This document shows positions 61,957 to 64,000 of a DNA stretch of 64,000 nucleotides, piece by piece. Where the stretch lies: the NCBI GenBank assembly GCA_963775685.1, contig CAVZJV010000014.1, forward strand, positions 2,144,001-2,208,000. The letters run 5' to 3'. The notes beneath the pieces are model-generated. The model searched no databases and was not told where the DNA came from. It saw nothing but the letters and a program-made list of their open reading frames with translations. This stretch comes from Candidatus Bathyarchaeota archaeon (GTDB taxonomy: Archaea; Thermoproteota; Bathyarchaeia; Bathyarchaeales; Bathycorpusculaceae). Position 1 is the stretch's first letter; each line of letters opens with the position of its first letter. A program made the position numbers and the translations under genes.

Positions 61957-64000
61957 TTGGTTAACCAACTGCCCATAGAGAAATTGAGGAATGTTTGTGA
62001 TGCTAATTTTCTGCATTGTGAATCAACCAAGGACCTTGTTCCGCTTAACGAAATCATAGGTCAAGAAAGAGCTGTACGAGCACTAAAATTTGGACTCGGC
62101 ATAAAAAACCATGGCTTCAACGTATACGTAGCCGGTTATCCCGGAACGGGAAGAAAAACCGCAGTGAAAAACTTTGTCGAGGTCCAAGCTAAAACCCAGC
62201 CTGTTCCACCTGATTGGTGCTACGTGAACAATTTCGGCAATCAGTATGAGCCACAAGCCATAAAGTTGCCAGCAGGAAAAGGCAAGGAATTCCGCGAAGA
62301 CATGAAAAACTTGATCGAGAATGTTAAGACGGCGCTTCCTAAGGCTTTTGAGAGTGAGGACTACGTTGCCAGAAGGGAAGCAACAATCAAAGGTTTAGAG
62401 AACCAGAGAAAAAAACTAATCGACGAGTTAAGCGGAAAAGCACAACGCGAAGGATTTGTAATTAAAACAACCCCCATAGGCATACTAATTATTCCTGTCT
62501 TAAATGGTAAACCACTTAGCGAAGAAGAAGTACTTGCGCTCCCCCAAAAAACCAAAGACCAGCTGAATGAGAAAAGGGAACAATTAGAAACAGAATTCAG
62601 AAACGCCATGCGACAACTAATTGACATGGAAAGAAAAATTCATGAAGCTCTAACGAAGCTAAACAAGGAGGTAGCCCTCTACGCTCTCGGAAATCAAGTA
62701 GAAAGCCTTAAAGTAAAATACCGAACTATCTCCGAAGCCACCAATTATCTAAAAGAAGTAGAAACTGACATCTTAGATAACTTGCAGCAGTTCATACATC
62801 GAGGTGAACCTGAACAGCAATTTCCTTTTCCAACGTCATGGATGAAAGAGGAACCCTATAAAAAATATGAAGTAAATCTAATCATTGACAACTCCAACAC
62901 GACTGGAGCACCAGTAGTTATGGAAACCAACCCTACATACCACAACCTGCTTGGCAGAACCGAAAAAGAAGCCCAGTTTGGCGCCCTTATCACTGATTTC
63001 CGGATGATCCGCGGAGGGGCAATACACCGAGCCAATGGTGGATACTTAATCGTTCCAGTTGAAGATTTGCTTAGAAACCCATTATCCTACGATGGATTGA
63101 AGCGAGATGTCCGAGATGGAAAAATGTCCATAGAGGAACCGGAAGAAAGATACGGATTTCTCAGCATAAAAACCCTCAAACCCCAACCAATTCCTTTAAC
63201 AGCTAAAATAATTCTCATAGGAACACCCTACTTATATCAGCTTATGTTCTCTTTAGACCCTGATTTTCAGGAACTCTTTAAGATAAAAGCAGAATTCGAC
63301 ACAACAATGGAAAGAACGGATGAAAAAATAAAGCAATATGCTGCGTTTGTGTGCGGACTTTGCGATAAAGAAGGGCTCAAGCACCTTGACGGCAGCGGTT
63401 TAGCGAAATTAGTTGAGTACAGCTCGAGAATAGTTGAAGATCAATACAAGCTATCAATACAGTTCTCTAACATCGCTGATATTATTCGCGAATCAAACTA
63501 TTACGCAGAACAAGAATATACTGAGTTAATAACAGGCGTCCATGTCAAGAAAGCCATAGAAGAAAAAATCTACCGCTCTAAGCTCATCCAAGAGAAAATC
63601 CAAGAAATGATAACCCGCGGCTTCTTCCTTATAGATACCACCGAAAAGAAAGTTGGACAAGTTAACGGCTTATCTGTTATGGGGTTAGGCGACTTTTCTT
63701 TCGGCATGCCTTCACGGGTAACCGCAAGTATCGGTTTAGGCAGGGAAGGCGTAATGGATATTGAACGGGAAGCGAAAATGGGTGGTCCAATCCACACCAA
63801 AGGCGTATTGATCCTCAGCGGCTACATAAATGACAAATATGCTCGAGATAGGCCTTTGAGTCTCTCAGCAAGACTGGTTTTTGAGCAGAACTACGCGGGC
63901 GTGGAAGGCGACAGTGCATCTAGCACTGAGTTGTACTCCATCCTTTCGGCATTGAGTGGCTTGCCGATAAAGCAGAACCTTGCTGTCACCGGTTCGGTGA
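61957..64000 (+). CDS. Lon-family ATP-dependent protease (AAA_32 type); runs off the window edge
   Basis: IIGQERAV, G.PGTGRKT, HRANGG, GQVNGL, GPIHTKG, FEQNY.GVEGDSAS, AVTGSV; absent from the ORF track because it has no stop in the window. Confidence 0.9.
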   Translation, partial: MVNQLPIEKLRNVCDANFLHCESTKDLVPLNEIIGQERAVRALKFGLGIKNHGFNVYVAGYPGTGRKTAVKNFVEVQAKTQPVPPDWCYVNNFGNQYEPQAIKLPAGKGKEFREDMKNLIENVKTALPKAFESEDYVARREATIKGLENQRKKLIDELSGKAQREGFVIKTTPIGILIIPVLNGKPLSEEEVLALPQKTKDQLNEKREQLETEFRNAMRQLIDMERKIHEALTKLNKEVALYALGNQVESLKVKYRTISEATNYLKEVETDILDNLQQFIHRGEPEQQFPFPTSWMKEEPYKKYEVNLIIDNSNTTGAPVVMETNPTYHNLLGRTEKEAQFGALITDFRMIRGGAIHRANGGYLIVPVEDLLRNPLSYDGLKRDVRDGKMSIEEPEERYGFLSIKTLKPQPIPLTAKIILIGTPYLYQLMFSLDPDFQELFKIKAEFDTTMERTDEKIKQYAAFVCGLCDKEGLKHLDGSGLAKLVEYSSRIVEDQYKLSIQFSNIADIIRESNYYAEQEYTELITGVHVKKAIEEKIYRSKLIQEKIQEMITRGFFLIDTTEKKVGQVNGLSVMGLGDFSFGMPSRVTASIGLGREGVMDIEREAKMGGPIHTKGVLILSGYINDKYARDRPLSLSARLVFEQNYAGVEGDSASSTELYSILSALSGLPIKQNLAVTGSV

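Noticed and set aside
14471-63800. Numerous short antisense ORFs within long genes
   Set aside because: Shadow ORFs of well-supported coding sequences

Overview
Archaeal chromosome window, most likely Bathyarchaeia (inferred from rps8e/SRP19/archaeal gltX, SMC-ScpAB, PQQ-like beta-propeller and PEF-CTERM surface proteins and Zn-ribbon-fused tyrosine recombinases). The core blocks are smc-scpA-scpB, rps8e, srp19, gltX, a nearly complete Aeropyrum-type modified mevalonate/GGPP cluster, eno-rps2-MEMO1, thiL/trmY with tRNA-Thr and tRNA-Pro, DtxR-feoB, glyA, serA, dph6 and a Lon-like protease. There are three accessory regions. (1) The main finding, at ~8.2-14.3 kb: four co-oriented copies of a ~135-bp inverted-arm repeat (AAGGYCTTCC-N14-ATAGAG ... 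CTCTAT-N14-GGAAGRCCTT around a conserved ATCATCAGAACA core) separate small unrelated genes. A fifth, half copy lies just upstream of a divergently transcribed tyrosine recombinase with a non-canonical active site. This is an integron-like cassette array with no attC/IntI hallmarks. (2) An orphan terminase gene pair amid pseudogenes inside the mevalonate cluster (28.6-33.1 kb). (3) A decayed 4.6-kb SSV-type element integrated in tRNA-Pro, with a split integrase, surface-protein cargo bounded by a second family of paired palindromic sites, and a probable Cas1 C-terminal relic. Single-base frameshifts are frequent, even in mevalonate kinase, so many are probably assembly errors.
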